This document shows, piece after piece, positions 1 through 7,111 of a stretch of 24,000 bases of DNA. How positions within the stretch are numbered: position 1 is the stretch's first letter; every line of letters begins with the position of its first letter. The DNA comes from an uncultured archaeon (GTDB lineage Archaea > Nanobdellota > Nanobdellia > Pacearchaeales > GW2011-AR1). The position numbers and the translations under genes were made by a program. The DNA is taken from NCBI GenBank assembly GCA_963845205.1, contig CAWJRC010000004.1, forward strand, positions 37,628 to 61,627, written 5' to 3'. The notes under the pieces were generated by a model. It worked only from the letters and a program-made list of their open reading frames with translations. It was not told where the DNA came from and did not search any database.

Positions 1-279
1 GACCAAAAAACAATTTCAAAAAAACTTCTTGGGATAAATATCGGAAAGAGAAAACCATTGCCCCTAAAATTGCAGGAGCTTCTTGAAGCAGATTTAATTG
101 TGGTTACTGCTAATGATATCCCCAGAATCATTTTTAATTTCAGCCTTGTTGATCTTCAAAAAAAAGTCATAATATGGAAGATTAAAGATGAGCAAAAAAG
201 AAACAAAGAGAATATTAAGAGGATAATACTTGCGATTAAAGATAAGGTTGAAGAATTAAACAGAAGGCTGGAAAAATGA
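1..279 (+). CDS. C-terminal part of a low-molecular-weight protein-tyrosine-phosphatase-like protein (5' end truncated by window)
   Basis: Frame 1 is open from base 1 (DQKTISKKLLGINIGKRKPLPLKLQELLEADLIVVTANDIPR...); the 'ELLEADLIVV' element followed by 'VIIWKIKD' resembles archaeal LMW-PTP/arsenate reductase-like proteins. The track start at TTG 58 is probably not the real start. Confidence 0.45.
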   Translation, partial: DQKTISKKLLGINIGKRKPLPLKLQELLEADLIVVTANDIPRIIFNFSLVDLQKKVIIWKIKDEQKRNKENIKRIILAIKDKVEELNRRLEK

Positions 280-1412
280 ATACAGAAACAATTAAGGGAT
301 TTAAGGACTACACCGGGGAAGAGGCTCAGAAAAGAACAGAGATAAGGAGAATATTAATTGAAAATTTTGAGAAATACGGATTTGAGCCTGCTGAAACTCC
401 AATTATAGAAAATGAAGAATTTGTAAGGGGAGAGAATAAAGAAGATGAAGCTGTTTCTGACATTTTCAAACTGCAGGACAGAGGAAAAAGAAAACTTGCT
501 TTAAGATATGAGTTTACATTTCAACTTAAAAGAATTGCGAAAAATAGAAAACTTCCTTACAAAAGGTATGAAATTGGAGAAGTTTTCAGAGACGAGCCCA
601 CTTCTTTAAACAGATTCAGGCAATTTACCCAGTGCGATGCCGATGTCGTAGGAAGTTCTGTAAAAGATGAAGCAGAAATCCTTTCTTTAACAAATGATGT
701 CTTCAAAAACTTAGGGATAAAACCAATAATTCTTGTAAACAACAGAAAATTATTAAATGAAATTATCGAATCAGAAGGGATAAAAGAAAAAGACAAGGAT
801 CAAGTTTTAAGGGAGATTGACAAATTTGATAAACTTCCTGAAAAAGAAATTATTACAAATTTAAAAAAGTATAAGGCAGATAAAATTTTATCCAATTTAA
901 AGAAAGGAGAGATTTATTTCAAAAAATTCAAAGCTTATGACGAGATTCTTGAGCTAATAAAATATTGCAACTATTATAATGTAAAAGTTTTGTTTTCTCC
1001 CACAATTGTCAGGGGACTGAGTTATTATAACGGAAGTGTATTTGAAATAAAGGCAGAGGGAGTGAAGGAAACAATTTGTGCAGGAGGAAGTTATATTTTT
1101 AACGGGATTCAATGTACTGGAATTTCTTTTGGATTGAGTAGAATTGATTCTCTTGCAAAAATAAAAATTGAAAAAGAAAAATATTTGATAGTCTCTCTTG
1201 ATAAAGACAAAGAGGCAATAAATCTTGTAAAAAAATTAAGAGAACAAAACAAAACTGTTGAAATTTTTTACGGCAAACCAACAAAGGCCCTTGATTATGC
1301 AAATTCTTACAAGATAAACAAAGTTATCTTTGTAGGTGAAAAAGAAGTTAAGGAAAAAAAGTTTAAAATCAAAGATATGGATACCGGAAAAGAAAGTTTG
1401 TTAAAATTATGA
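276..1412 (+). CDS. hisS: Histidyl-tRNA synthetase
   Basis: 378 aa; class II aaRS motifs GFKDYTGEEAQKR, YEIGEVFRDEPT, RQFTQCDADVVG, VRGLSYYNGSVFEIK, GISFGLSRID. Start overlaps the upstream stop by 4 nt. Confidence 0.93.
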   Translation: MNTETIKGFKDYTGEEAQKRTEIRRILIENFEKYGFEPAETPIIENEEFVRGENKEDEAVSDIFKLQDRGKRKLALRYEFTFQLKRIAKNRKLPYKRYEIGEVFRDEPTSLNRFRQFTQCDADVVGSSVKDEAEILSLTNDVFKNLGIKPIILVNNRKLLNEIIESEGIKEKDKDQVLREIDKFDKLPEKEIITNLKKYKADKILSNLKKGEIYFKKFKAYDEILELIKYCNYYNVKVLFSPTIVRGLSYYNGSVFEIKAEGVKETICAGGSYIFNGIQCTGISFGLSRIDSLAKIKIEKEKYLIVSLDKDKEAINLVKKLREQNKTVEIFYGKPTKALDYANSYKINKVIFVGEKEVKEKKFKIKDMDTGKESLLKL

Positions 1413-1651
1413 AAACATCTAAACAAAAAATATTTTCTTACTTGAAAAAACTTCCAAGGGGAAAAATCACAACTTATAAATTTCTTGCTGAAAAATTTAA
1501 CAGTTCTCCTAGAGCTGTCGGAGCTATTTTAAGGTCAAACAAAGACAAATCAGTTCCTTGCTACAAAGTTATAAGAAGCGACGGTAAACTTGGAGGGTAT
1601 AATGGACTTTTGGGGAAGAGCAAAAAGGAATTGTTAAGAAGAGAAATTTAA
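1409..1651 (+). CDS. Minimal MGMT/Ogt-like DNA-binding domain protein (alkyltransferase family), variant active site PCYKVI
   Basis: 80 aa; LKKLPRGKITTYKFLAE, SPRAVGAIL and VPCYKVIRSDGKLGGY correspond to the winged-helix and PCHRV(I/V)..G.(L/I)GGY motifs. 4-nt overlap with hisS. Confidence 0.8.
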   Translation: MKTSKQKIFSYLKKLPRGKITTYKFLAEKFNSSPRAVGAILRSNKDKSVPCYKVIRSDGKLGGYNGLLGKSKKELLRREI

Positions 1652-1681
1652 ATAAACATAATTTTTTCTTAAAGAAGAAGA

Positions 1682-1752
1682 GGGCTCATAGTTCAGTGGC
1701 AAAACATGTCGTTCGCAACGATAAACTTCGAGTTCGATTCTCGATGAGTCCA
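1682..1752 (+). tRNA. tRNA-Ala (anticodon CGC)
   Basis: Acceptor GGGCTCA/TGAGTCC including G3:U70; anticodon stem TGTCG/CGATA with loop TTCGCAA; T arm TCGAG-TTCGATT-CTCGA; discriminator A. D stem is weak (GTT/AAC plus one mismatch). Confidence 0.88.
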
Positions 1753-1754
1753 AT

Positions 1755-2294
1755 TTAATTCAATTTAACAAATTCTTCTATTAATAATCTATTTCTTACT
1801 TCAGGATGAAATAAAACCCCATAAATCTCTTTTGTTTTATGTTTTATCGCTTGAGGAATTTCGCTTTTTGTGAAAGATATAAAATCCTTTGGTAAGGTTG
1901 TATAGTTATTATGAAGATGATAAACTTCATGTTCTCCAACTAAAGAGAGAAATTCTTTTGTAAAATCTTCCTTGTAAAATCCTATTTCTGGTTTATTCTC
2001 TAATTTTGCTCCAAATGTTAAAGAAATGATTTGCATCCCTGCACAAATTCCAAGAAGCGGCCTGTTGAAATTTTTTATCCATGAGAATTTCCTGATATCT
2101 TTAACAAACATATTGTCTTTTAGTGAAGTTCCGCAAATTACGACCTTATCTGCTTTTTGCAAATCTTTCTCTGTTAATTTGGAATAATGTTTAATCGAAA
2201 ATGAAATTTCATTTTCTGAAAGAATCTTCTCAATTGGCCTTACAAATTCCAATTCATGAAGAGGTTCAGCGTTTGTTGAGATAATTAAAATCAT
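1755..2294 (-). CDS. Class-I glutamine amidotransferase (GuaA-A-like GATase)
   Basis: 179 aa; nucleophile elbow LLGICAGMQII and catalytic His-Glu motif GVLFHPEV; layout like stand-alone archaeal GMP synthase subunit A. Confidence 0.8.
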   Translation of the reverse strand: MILIISTNAEPLHELEFVRPIEKILSENEISFSIKHYSKLTEKDLQKADKVVICGTSLKDNMFVKDIRKFSWIKNFNRPLLGICAGMQIISLTFGAKLENKPEIGFYKEDFTKEFLSLVGEHEVYHLHNNYTTLPKDFISFTKSEIPQAIKHKTKEIYGVLFHPEVRNRLLIEEFVKLN

Positions 2295-2962
2295 TTTAAT
2301 TCTAATTCCCTCCTCCAGCTATTTTCCCCTTCCTTAAAATCCTTAAAAGAACTTACTTTCAGGGGTTTTTTGAATAATGGACAGTCGAGAACAAAAGTTT
2401 CAAATTCCCCTCCTTCTCCAATCATGGATATTTTATATTTGTCATGAAGTTTCTTTATATCTTCTATAAATTTGTTGTTTATTTCTCTGCCCAGCCAGTT
2501 TTTATCAAGAGGATAAGCAAAAACTCCTGTAATTATAACCTTGAACTTATTTTTTATCAGTTCATTCAGATATTCAATTTCATCTTTCTGCCAAAGAGGA
2601 TTGAAACATTCTATCTTAAGTTTGTTGCAGATTTTCTGGATTCTTGAAGACTGATAAACACTTTGAATCGCTCCTGTAACAATACCTTCAATTTCATATT
2701 TCTTAATCGCAAGTTTGATGGCCTTTTCCAAATCTTTTAATTCCTCCTCTTTTTTTCCTTTGGTCTTCTGGATTATTATCGGAATTTGCATGGATTCTGC
2801 CTGTTTTTCAACTTTTGATATGGATGGCGTATGAAACATATAAGATTCCTTATTCTCTGAAAAAATAGAGATCAAGCAGGAAATTTTATATTTGTATTTC
2901 TTTGCGATATAAGCTGCATAAGCTGAATCTTTTCCGCCTGAAAAAAGAATTCCTAGTTTCAT
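2291..2962 (-). CDS. dph6: Diphthine--ammonia ligase (Dph6/MJ0570 family PP-loop ATPase)
   Basis: 223 aa; PP-loop LFSGGKDSAYA and family signature IGEGGEFETFVLDCPLF. The downstream GATase overlaps by 4 nt. Confidence 0.88.
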   Translation of the reverse strand: MKLGILFSGGKDSAYAAYIAKKYKYKISCLISIFSENKESYMFHTPSISKVEKQAESMQIPIIIQKTKGKKEEELKDLEKAIKLAIKKYEIEGIVTGAIQSVYQSSRIQKICNKLKIECFNPLWQKDEIEYLNELIKNKFKVIITGVFAYPLDKNWLGREINNKFIEDIKKLHDKYKISMIGEGGEFETFVLDCPLFKKPLKVSSFKDFKEGENSWRRELELK

Positions 2963-3012
2963 TATTAGTTTAATAGAATAATATTTATAAGTATTGGGTA
3001 TAATAATTTTGG

Positions 3013-3513
3013 ATGAAAGATTATAGCATTCAAAATTTATTTTTTGATTTTGAAGATTTTAAGACCAGATATAGGACTTTAAAGAATACAAGAATGCTTG
3101 TAGCAGACTCGGCTAATGATTTTTTAAAAAACAAATCAAGGCCAACTTTTTTATCTAACTTACTTTTTTTAAAAGATACCGATTTTAGAAGCATCCTTTT
3201 TAATAATGTTTATATCGATAAAATTTCTAACGAGATTTATGAAATTATACCTCCGAGCGGTGAAAGAGGATTTTTCGGCAGGAAATATATCCTTCATGAC
3301 GAAACTGGAGAAATTTCCTGTTTTTGGGCTACAAAAGAAAGCAAACTTTATTCAATGATTTCGTGCGATAGATTTGAAGAAATGAAAAAATTTAATGACC
3401 CTTTAATAAAACATGCTTTTATTTTTCATAATAAACAAAGCGATGAAATTAATCTTGCCTACGCTGAATTTTATGGTAAAAATAAAATAGTAAAAAAGGA
3501 TTTAAAGAATTAA
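3013..3513 (+). CDS. Hypothetical protein, possible OB-fold-like segment
   Basis: 166-aa ORF; 'RKYILHDETGEISCFWATKES' resembles an OB-fold strand pair ('DxTG.I....'), no family recognised. Confidence 0.55.
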   Translation: MKDYSIQNLFFDFEDFKTRYRTLKNTRMLVADSANDFLKNKSRPTFLSNLLFLKDTDFRSILFNNVYIDKISNEIYEIIPPSGERGFFGRKYILHDETGEISCFWATKESKLYSMISCDRFEEMKKFNDPLIKHAFIFHNKQSDEINLAYAEFYGKNKIVKKDLKN

Positions 3514-3538
3514 TTCCTATCTTTTCTAAAGGAGGATA

Positions 3539-4399
3539 TTAATCTTCTTCGGTTTCTTCGCTTATTTCTTCACCTTTAAAATTTTCAGGATTCTTGTCAT
3601 ATTCTTCAAGTCCTTTCTTTAAATCTTCAAATGGATCGGGATTATTTTTAAGAAATGTCTCTTTCATCCAGATATTTATTTCTTCAAAGGGTTTTTTTTG
3701 TTCAAGCCAAATTTTTTTCTGATCTTCAAGATAAAGCAAAGGCAAAAATGAGATTATTTTTTCTTCTTTGTTGTTCGCAAATTCGCTATATGTGACTTTA
3801 TCCTCTTTTTTTTCTTTAAACCAGTCAGAAAGATTCCTGTAAATTTCGGCAATTTTATCTTTTATGCTAAATTTTCTTTTTGGAAGTGAAAATGAACTTT
3901 CCCTTAATGAATCACTTGTAACAATTTCTCTTTTTATTCTTCTATTCTCTGTTGTTATTGCCTTATTCAGAGATTCCATCAGCTCTTTGAGCGTGACTTT
4001 CCTGAATCTTGGAAGAGGACTTCTTGGGATAAGCTCAGGTATTTCTTCATCTAATTCTATCCTTTCTAAAGGCGTTCTTGTCAACTCTTTTTTTCCAAAA
4101 AGAATGTCATCTATACTTTTTATGTAACGATTCAGGAGAATTTCGGATTTTATTCTCAAAAGAAGAGAAGCTGCAAGAAGAACTTTGCTAGAGATAAAAA
4201 AATCTGCTTCTTCTATTTCACTTATTTTCTCCAAATATTTATCTGAAAGAACAATTATATCTATATCCCAAGGGTCTAATTGCTCTGTATTTATCAAATC
4301 GTAAATAATTTCCTGCCAGCCAATCTCCCGATTGAATAATAAATCATGAATTTGCTCCTGTTTTACAGAATTTTTATGTTCATTCTCTTCTTTTTCCAT
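3539..4399 (-). CDS. scpA: Segregation and condensation protein A (ScpA, kleisin)
   Basis: 286 aa; N-terminal ...GWQEIIYDLINTEQLDPWDIDIIVLSDKYLEKI..., KVLLAASLLLRIKSEILL and a C-terminal winged-helix-like segment (VTYSEFANNKEEKIISFLPLLYLEDQKKIWL). Confidence 0.88.
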   Translation of the reverse strand: MEKEENEHKNSVKQEQIHDLLFNREIGWQEIIYDLINTEQLDPWDIDIIVLSDKYLEKISEIEEADFFISSKVLLAASLLLRIKSEILLNRYIKSIDDILFGKKELTRTPLERIELDEEIPELIPRSPLPRFRKVTLKELMESLNKAITTENRRIKREIVTSDSLRESSFSLPKRKFSIKDKIAEIYRNLSDWFKEKKEDKVTYSEFANNKEEKIISFLPLLYLEDQKKIWLEQKKPFEEINIWMKETFLKNNPDPFEDLKKGLEEYDKNPENFKGEEISEETEED

Positions 4400-4413
4400 T
4401 ATTTATTTAATGA

Positions 4414-4430
4414 AAATGATTTTATAATTC
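4414..4430 (-). promoter_or_regulatory. Putative archaeal TATA promoter of scpA
   Basis: Reverse strand reads AAAGAATTATAAAATC with the TATA-like core ~22-26 nt upstream of the scpA ATG (4399), consistent with a leaderless or very short-leader transcript. Confidence 0.5.
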
Positions 4431-4432
4431 TT

Positions 4433-4469
4433 TGTAGTACCTAAAATAATCTTTATGTAGTACCTAAAA
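4433..4469. repeat. Two 14-bp direct repeats TGTAGTACCTAAAA (4433-4446 and 4456-4469)
   Basis: Exact 14-mer occurs twice, starts 23 bp apart, in the intergenic region upstream of scpA. Confidence 0.85.
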
Positions 4470-4545
4470 AACAGGATTTTTGAAAATAAATTCACTACTT
4501 TAGATTAACTAATGGTTGTCATTTTTAAAAAGTAACAAAATAGAA

Positions 4546-4560
4546 AGATTTATATAGTAT
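4546..4560 (+). promoter_or_regulatory. Putative BRE/TATA promoter of the candidate ncRNA
   Basis: GAAAGATTTATATAGT; TATA centre ~4554-4555 predicts a start at ~4580, the first base of the closing helix. Confidence 0.5.
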
Positions 4561-4579
4561 AAATAATTCAATTATTTAT

Positions 4580-4726
4580 CACCTCTTTTTTCCCAGGAGA
4601 AGCTTCAAGTTATCTTTTTGATCAACTTGAAGAATCTCCCAGGGTTATATATGATTATTATTGGTAAGTAATCCTGTCTAAAGTCAGGCACTATTATTGA
4701 TTATGGTTTAAGCAGAGGTGATTAAT
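4580..4726 (+). ncRNA. Candidate structured non-coding RNA of unknown family
   Basis: Closing helix 4580-4588 ATCACCTCT / 4716-4724 AGAGGTGAT (9 bp). Hairpin 1: CTTCAAGTT 4605-4613 / AACTTGAAG 4626-4634 plus GGAGA 4598-4602 / TCTCC 4637-4641 and CCC 4594-4596 / GGG 4644-4646. Hairpin 2: CCTG 4675-4678 / CAGG 4687-4690. TATA element correctly spaced upstream; no ORF. Confidence 0.5.
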
Positions 4727-4742
4727 TCTACTCATAAAGAAA

Positions 4743-4946
4743 TTATTTCTTGCTTGCAAATTCAGAGTAATGGCATTTGCCGCAATATATTCTTCCCTGA
4801 TGATTCATCAGGAAAATTCCTGGTCCGCATCTAGGGCAAGATCTTTCTCTTGAAACCTTGCCGCCTTCAATTTTATACTTTGAATATTTTTTGCTTGTCG
4901 GTTTGTTCTTATGGGCCTTTTTGCCCTTTTTTACTGTTTTAGCCAT
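4743..4946 (-). CDS. rps27ae: Ribosomal protein eS31 (S27ae)
   Basis: 67 aa; [27 protein letters not shown] zinc-ribbon signature. Confidence 0.93.
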   Translation of the reverse strand: MAKTVKKGKKAHKNKPTSKKYSKYKIEGGKVSRERSCPRCGPGIFLMNHQGRIYCGKCHYSEFASKK

Positions 4947-4951
4947 TGAAT

Positions 4952-5239
4952 TTATTCTCCCTTTGCATCTGTTTTAGTTTCTTTTTTTGATTTAGGTTCT
5001 GTCTTTTCTTTTTCTTCCTTTGACGAATAAACATTTGCAGTGATAATAAAATTGTTTGAACCGAATTTACCCTTTATTTTTTTTATCTTTACATTCTCAA
5101 CAGCTGCTGAAAATTTTTTTGCTATTAACTCTTCTGCTTCCTGCATCTTAGGACTTATGTTTAATTCCACCTTTACTTCTACTTCCTTTCTTTTGAATAT
5201 AGGATTTTCCTTATCATTTAAAATTGTAATTTTTTCCAT
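4952..5239 (-). CDS. rps24e: Ribosomal protein eS24
   Basis: 95 aa; [20 protein letters not shown]...[29 protein letters not shown], in conserved context. Confidence 0.92.
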   Translation of the reverse strand: MEKITILNDKENPIFKRKEVEVKVELNISPKMQEAEELIAKKFSAAVENVKIKKIKGKFGSNNFIITANVYSSKEEKEKTEPKSKKETKTDAKGE

Positions 5240-5244
5240 TTGAC

Positions 5245-5433
5245 TTACTTTACTTTAATTGCAAAATTTCCTTTGTCTTTAAGATTTAGTTTTTGCGCAA
5301 TTTCTGATTTTTCAGGATTCAAAAGAATAATTCTTCCCTTAAATCCCTCGGTTGATTCTTTAGAATCACATTTAGGGCATTTATCTCCTTCGTATATTGT
5401 ATTGCATAATTTGCATGCTTTTGGTTTGCTCAT
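5245..5433 (-). CDS. spt4: Spt4 / RpoE'' transcription elongation factor subunit
   Basis: 62 aa; KACKLCNTIYEGDKCPKCDSKESTEGFKGRIILLNPEKSEIAQKL; located directly after rpoE'. Confidence 0.92.
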   Translation of the reverse strand: MSKPKACKLCNTIYEGDKCPKCDSKESTEGFKGRIILLNPEKSEIAQKLNLKDKGNFAIKVK

Positions 5434-6035
5434 TTCTTCTTTTTTCCTCCCTTTGCTTTTTTCTTTTCTTCTCCTTCTTCTGATTTTACCGCCTTTGCTT
5501 TCTTAGTTTTATCTTCCTGAATCCATTCAAGCTTTCCTAATCCGGGCTGCCTCATTGTCAATCCAATTTTTAATTCTCCGCCCTTATGAGATATCGCAAC
5601 AATTCTTGCCATGCATAAATCTCCCTGCTTTAAACTCCTTTTTGAAGCTTTTCCGACCAGAGTATTTGATTTGCTGAAACTTACATAATCATCCATTGTC
5701 TGGCTTATATGAATCATACCTTTCATAACACCCAAATCTATGAATGCTCCGAAAGTTGTTATTTCTGAAACTGTTCCGAAAACCAATTCCTGCAATTCCG
5801 GCTTCCAGACAAGCAATCTGAATTTTGAACGATAATATGCTGCACCGTCGCCGGGTATCAAAACTCCCTCGCCTACTTCAAGAACTTCGATGACCGAAAT
5901 GACTTTTCCAATTTCTTTTTCATAAAAATCAGAGTATGTGTCCTTAAGCTGTTTATCTACAGACTCGAGAGTAGGCAAACCGAATAACTTTGGTTCTACC
6001 CGTATGTAATCCTCGACTTCAGTTATATAGAACAT
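5430..6035 (-). CDS. rpoE1: DNA-directed RNA polymerase subunit E' (Rpb7 homologue)
   Basis: 201 aa; MFYITEVEDYIRVEP..., DGAAYYRSKFRLLVWKPELQELVFGTVSEITTFGAFIDLGVMKGMIHISQTMDD S1 domain. Confidence 0.94.
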   Translation of the reverse strand: MFYITEVEDYIRVEPKLFGLPTLESVDKQLKDTYSDFYEKEIGKVISVIEVLEVGEGVLIPGDGAAYYRSKFRLLVWKPELQELVFGTVSEITTFGAFIDLGVMKGMIHISQTMDDYVSFSKSNTLVGKASKRSLKQGDLCMARIVAISHKGGELKIGLTMRQPGLGKLEWIQEDKTKKAKAVKSEEGEEKKKAKGGKKKK

Positions 6036-6109
6036 TTTTATTAAAAATTATAACAAAAATTGCTTTTTAAAACTTATTATTGATTATATTCGCAGAATAA
6101 AAATAAATT

Positions 6110-6478
6110 TTATACAATCTCTAATTCTTTATCCCCCTTTATGACTAACTTATTATTTTTTATCCTATTTTTTATCCCCCGGTCAAGAGTTGCTATCGCA
6201 TATTCCGGATTTTTTTTTGCCAAATTTATAATTCCATTATCCACATTTTTTGATTGCAGGTCTACCTCATCGAAATTGTTTATTGTTAATATGGACAATG
6301 CAAGTTTTGATTCATCCCTTAATTTGAGATTTTTTGTTTCTGAATGTTTTTTTAATTCTCCTATAACCTGTACCGGGATTATTATTTTCATTCCCATAAA
6401 TTTAATCTTCTCAGAAAAATCGATCTTTTTCCGAATACAGGAAAGAATAAAATTCGTGTCCAAAATAACATATTTCAT
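6110..6478 (-). CDS. PIN-domain nuclease, Fcf1/VapC-like
   Basis: 122 aa; VILDTNFILSCIRKK...QVIGELKK...ATLDRGIKNRIK; typical neighbour of archaeal rpoE'. Confidence 0.82.
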   Translation of the reverse strand: MKYVILDTNFILSCIRKKIDFSEKIKFMGMKIIIPVQVIGELKKHSETKNLKLRDESKLALSILTINNFDEVDLQSKNVDNGIINLAKKNPEYAIATLDRGIKNRIKNNKLVIKGDKELEIV

Positions 6479-6544
6479 ATATAAATAGGCAGATTTGAAT
6501 ATAAAAACTTAACATTTATTAATCGCATTTTCTTTATCTTATTC

Positions 6545-7111
6545 ATGCAGGAAAAAGAGAATGTATTAAGGATTCTTCAGGAAACAAAAGATGCTATAAA
6601 CAATGATAACTCAATAAAACTGAAAGAATTAAGCGACCAGACGATTCATACCGCTTCAATAACACAGGATCCGGACAATATCGCTGTTGCAGTTGCAGTT
6701 TATTCATTAAGCAAAATTGTTGAAAGAAAAAAATATCAGGAGTTTCCCGGCTGGAAAGATTTTTACAAAAATTTAATGTCCATTGTTGATAATTCTATAA
6801 GCGCATTAAAGAAAAATGATGACAAAAAAATTAAAGATGACCTGGCTGCTCTTAGGGGAATAATTTCAACACTTTCAGGCCAGCTTAAAGATTATATTCA
6901 GGATGTTTTCAGAAAAGCGCAGATAAACAAGGCCTCTAAAATTTATGAGCACGGAATTTCACTTGAGCAAACAGCAAATCTTCTTGGGATTACAATGTTT
7001 GAGCTCATGTCCTATTCAGGACAGAAGCCTGAAACTTCAGAGGCTCCCCTCACAAAGACGGTTGATGTTAAAACGCGAATTAAAACTGCCATGGACATAT
7101 TTGGAAAATGA
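6545..7111 (+). CDS. Hypothetical helical protein with a C-terminal HTH-like segment
   Basis: 188 aa; 'ASKIYEHGISLEQTANLLGITMFELMSYSG' reads like a helix-turn-helix. 4-nt overlap with the PIN gene downstream. Confidence 0.75.
   Translation: MQEKENVLRILQETKDAINNDNSIKLKELSDQTIHTASITQDPDNIAVAVAVYSLSKIVERKKYQEFPGWKDFYKNLMSIVDNSISALKKNDDKKIKDDLAALRGIISTLSGQLKDYIQDVFRKAQINKASKIYEHGISLEQTANLLGITMFELMSYSGQKPETSEAPLTKTVDVKTRIKTAMDIFGK

Noticed and set aside
4580-4726. Interpretation of the hairpin region as a simple terminator of the minus-strand ribosomal cluster
   Set aside because: Archaeal termination usually relies on T-runs rather than long stems, and the nested closing helix plus a well spaced + strand TATA element fit an independent RNA better. 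A 3'-UTR role cannot be fully excluded.
5040-5506. + strand ORFs 5040..5243 and 5240..5506
   Set aside because: Antisense shadows of eS24, Spt4 and the Lys/Glu-rich tail of RpoE'.
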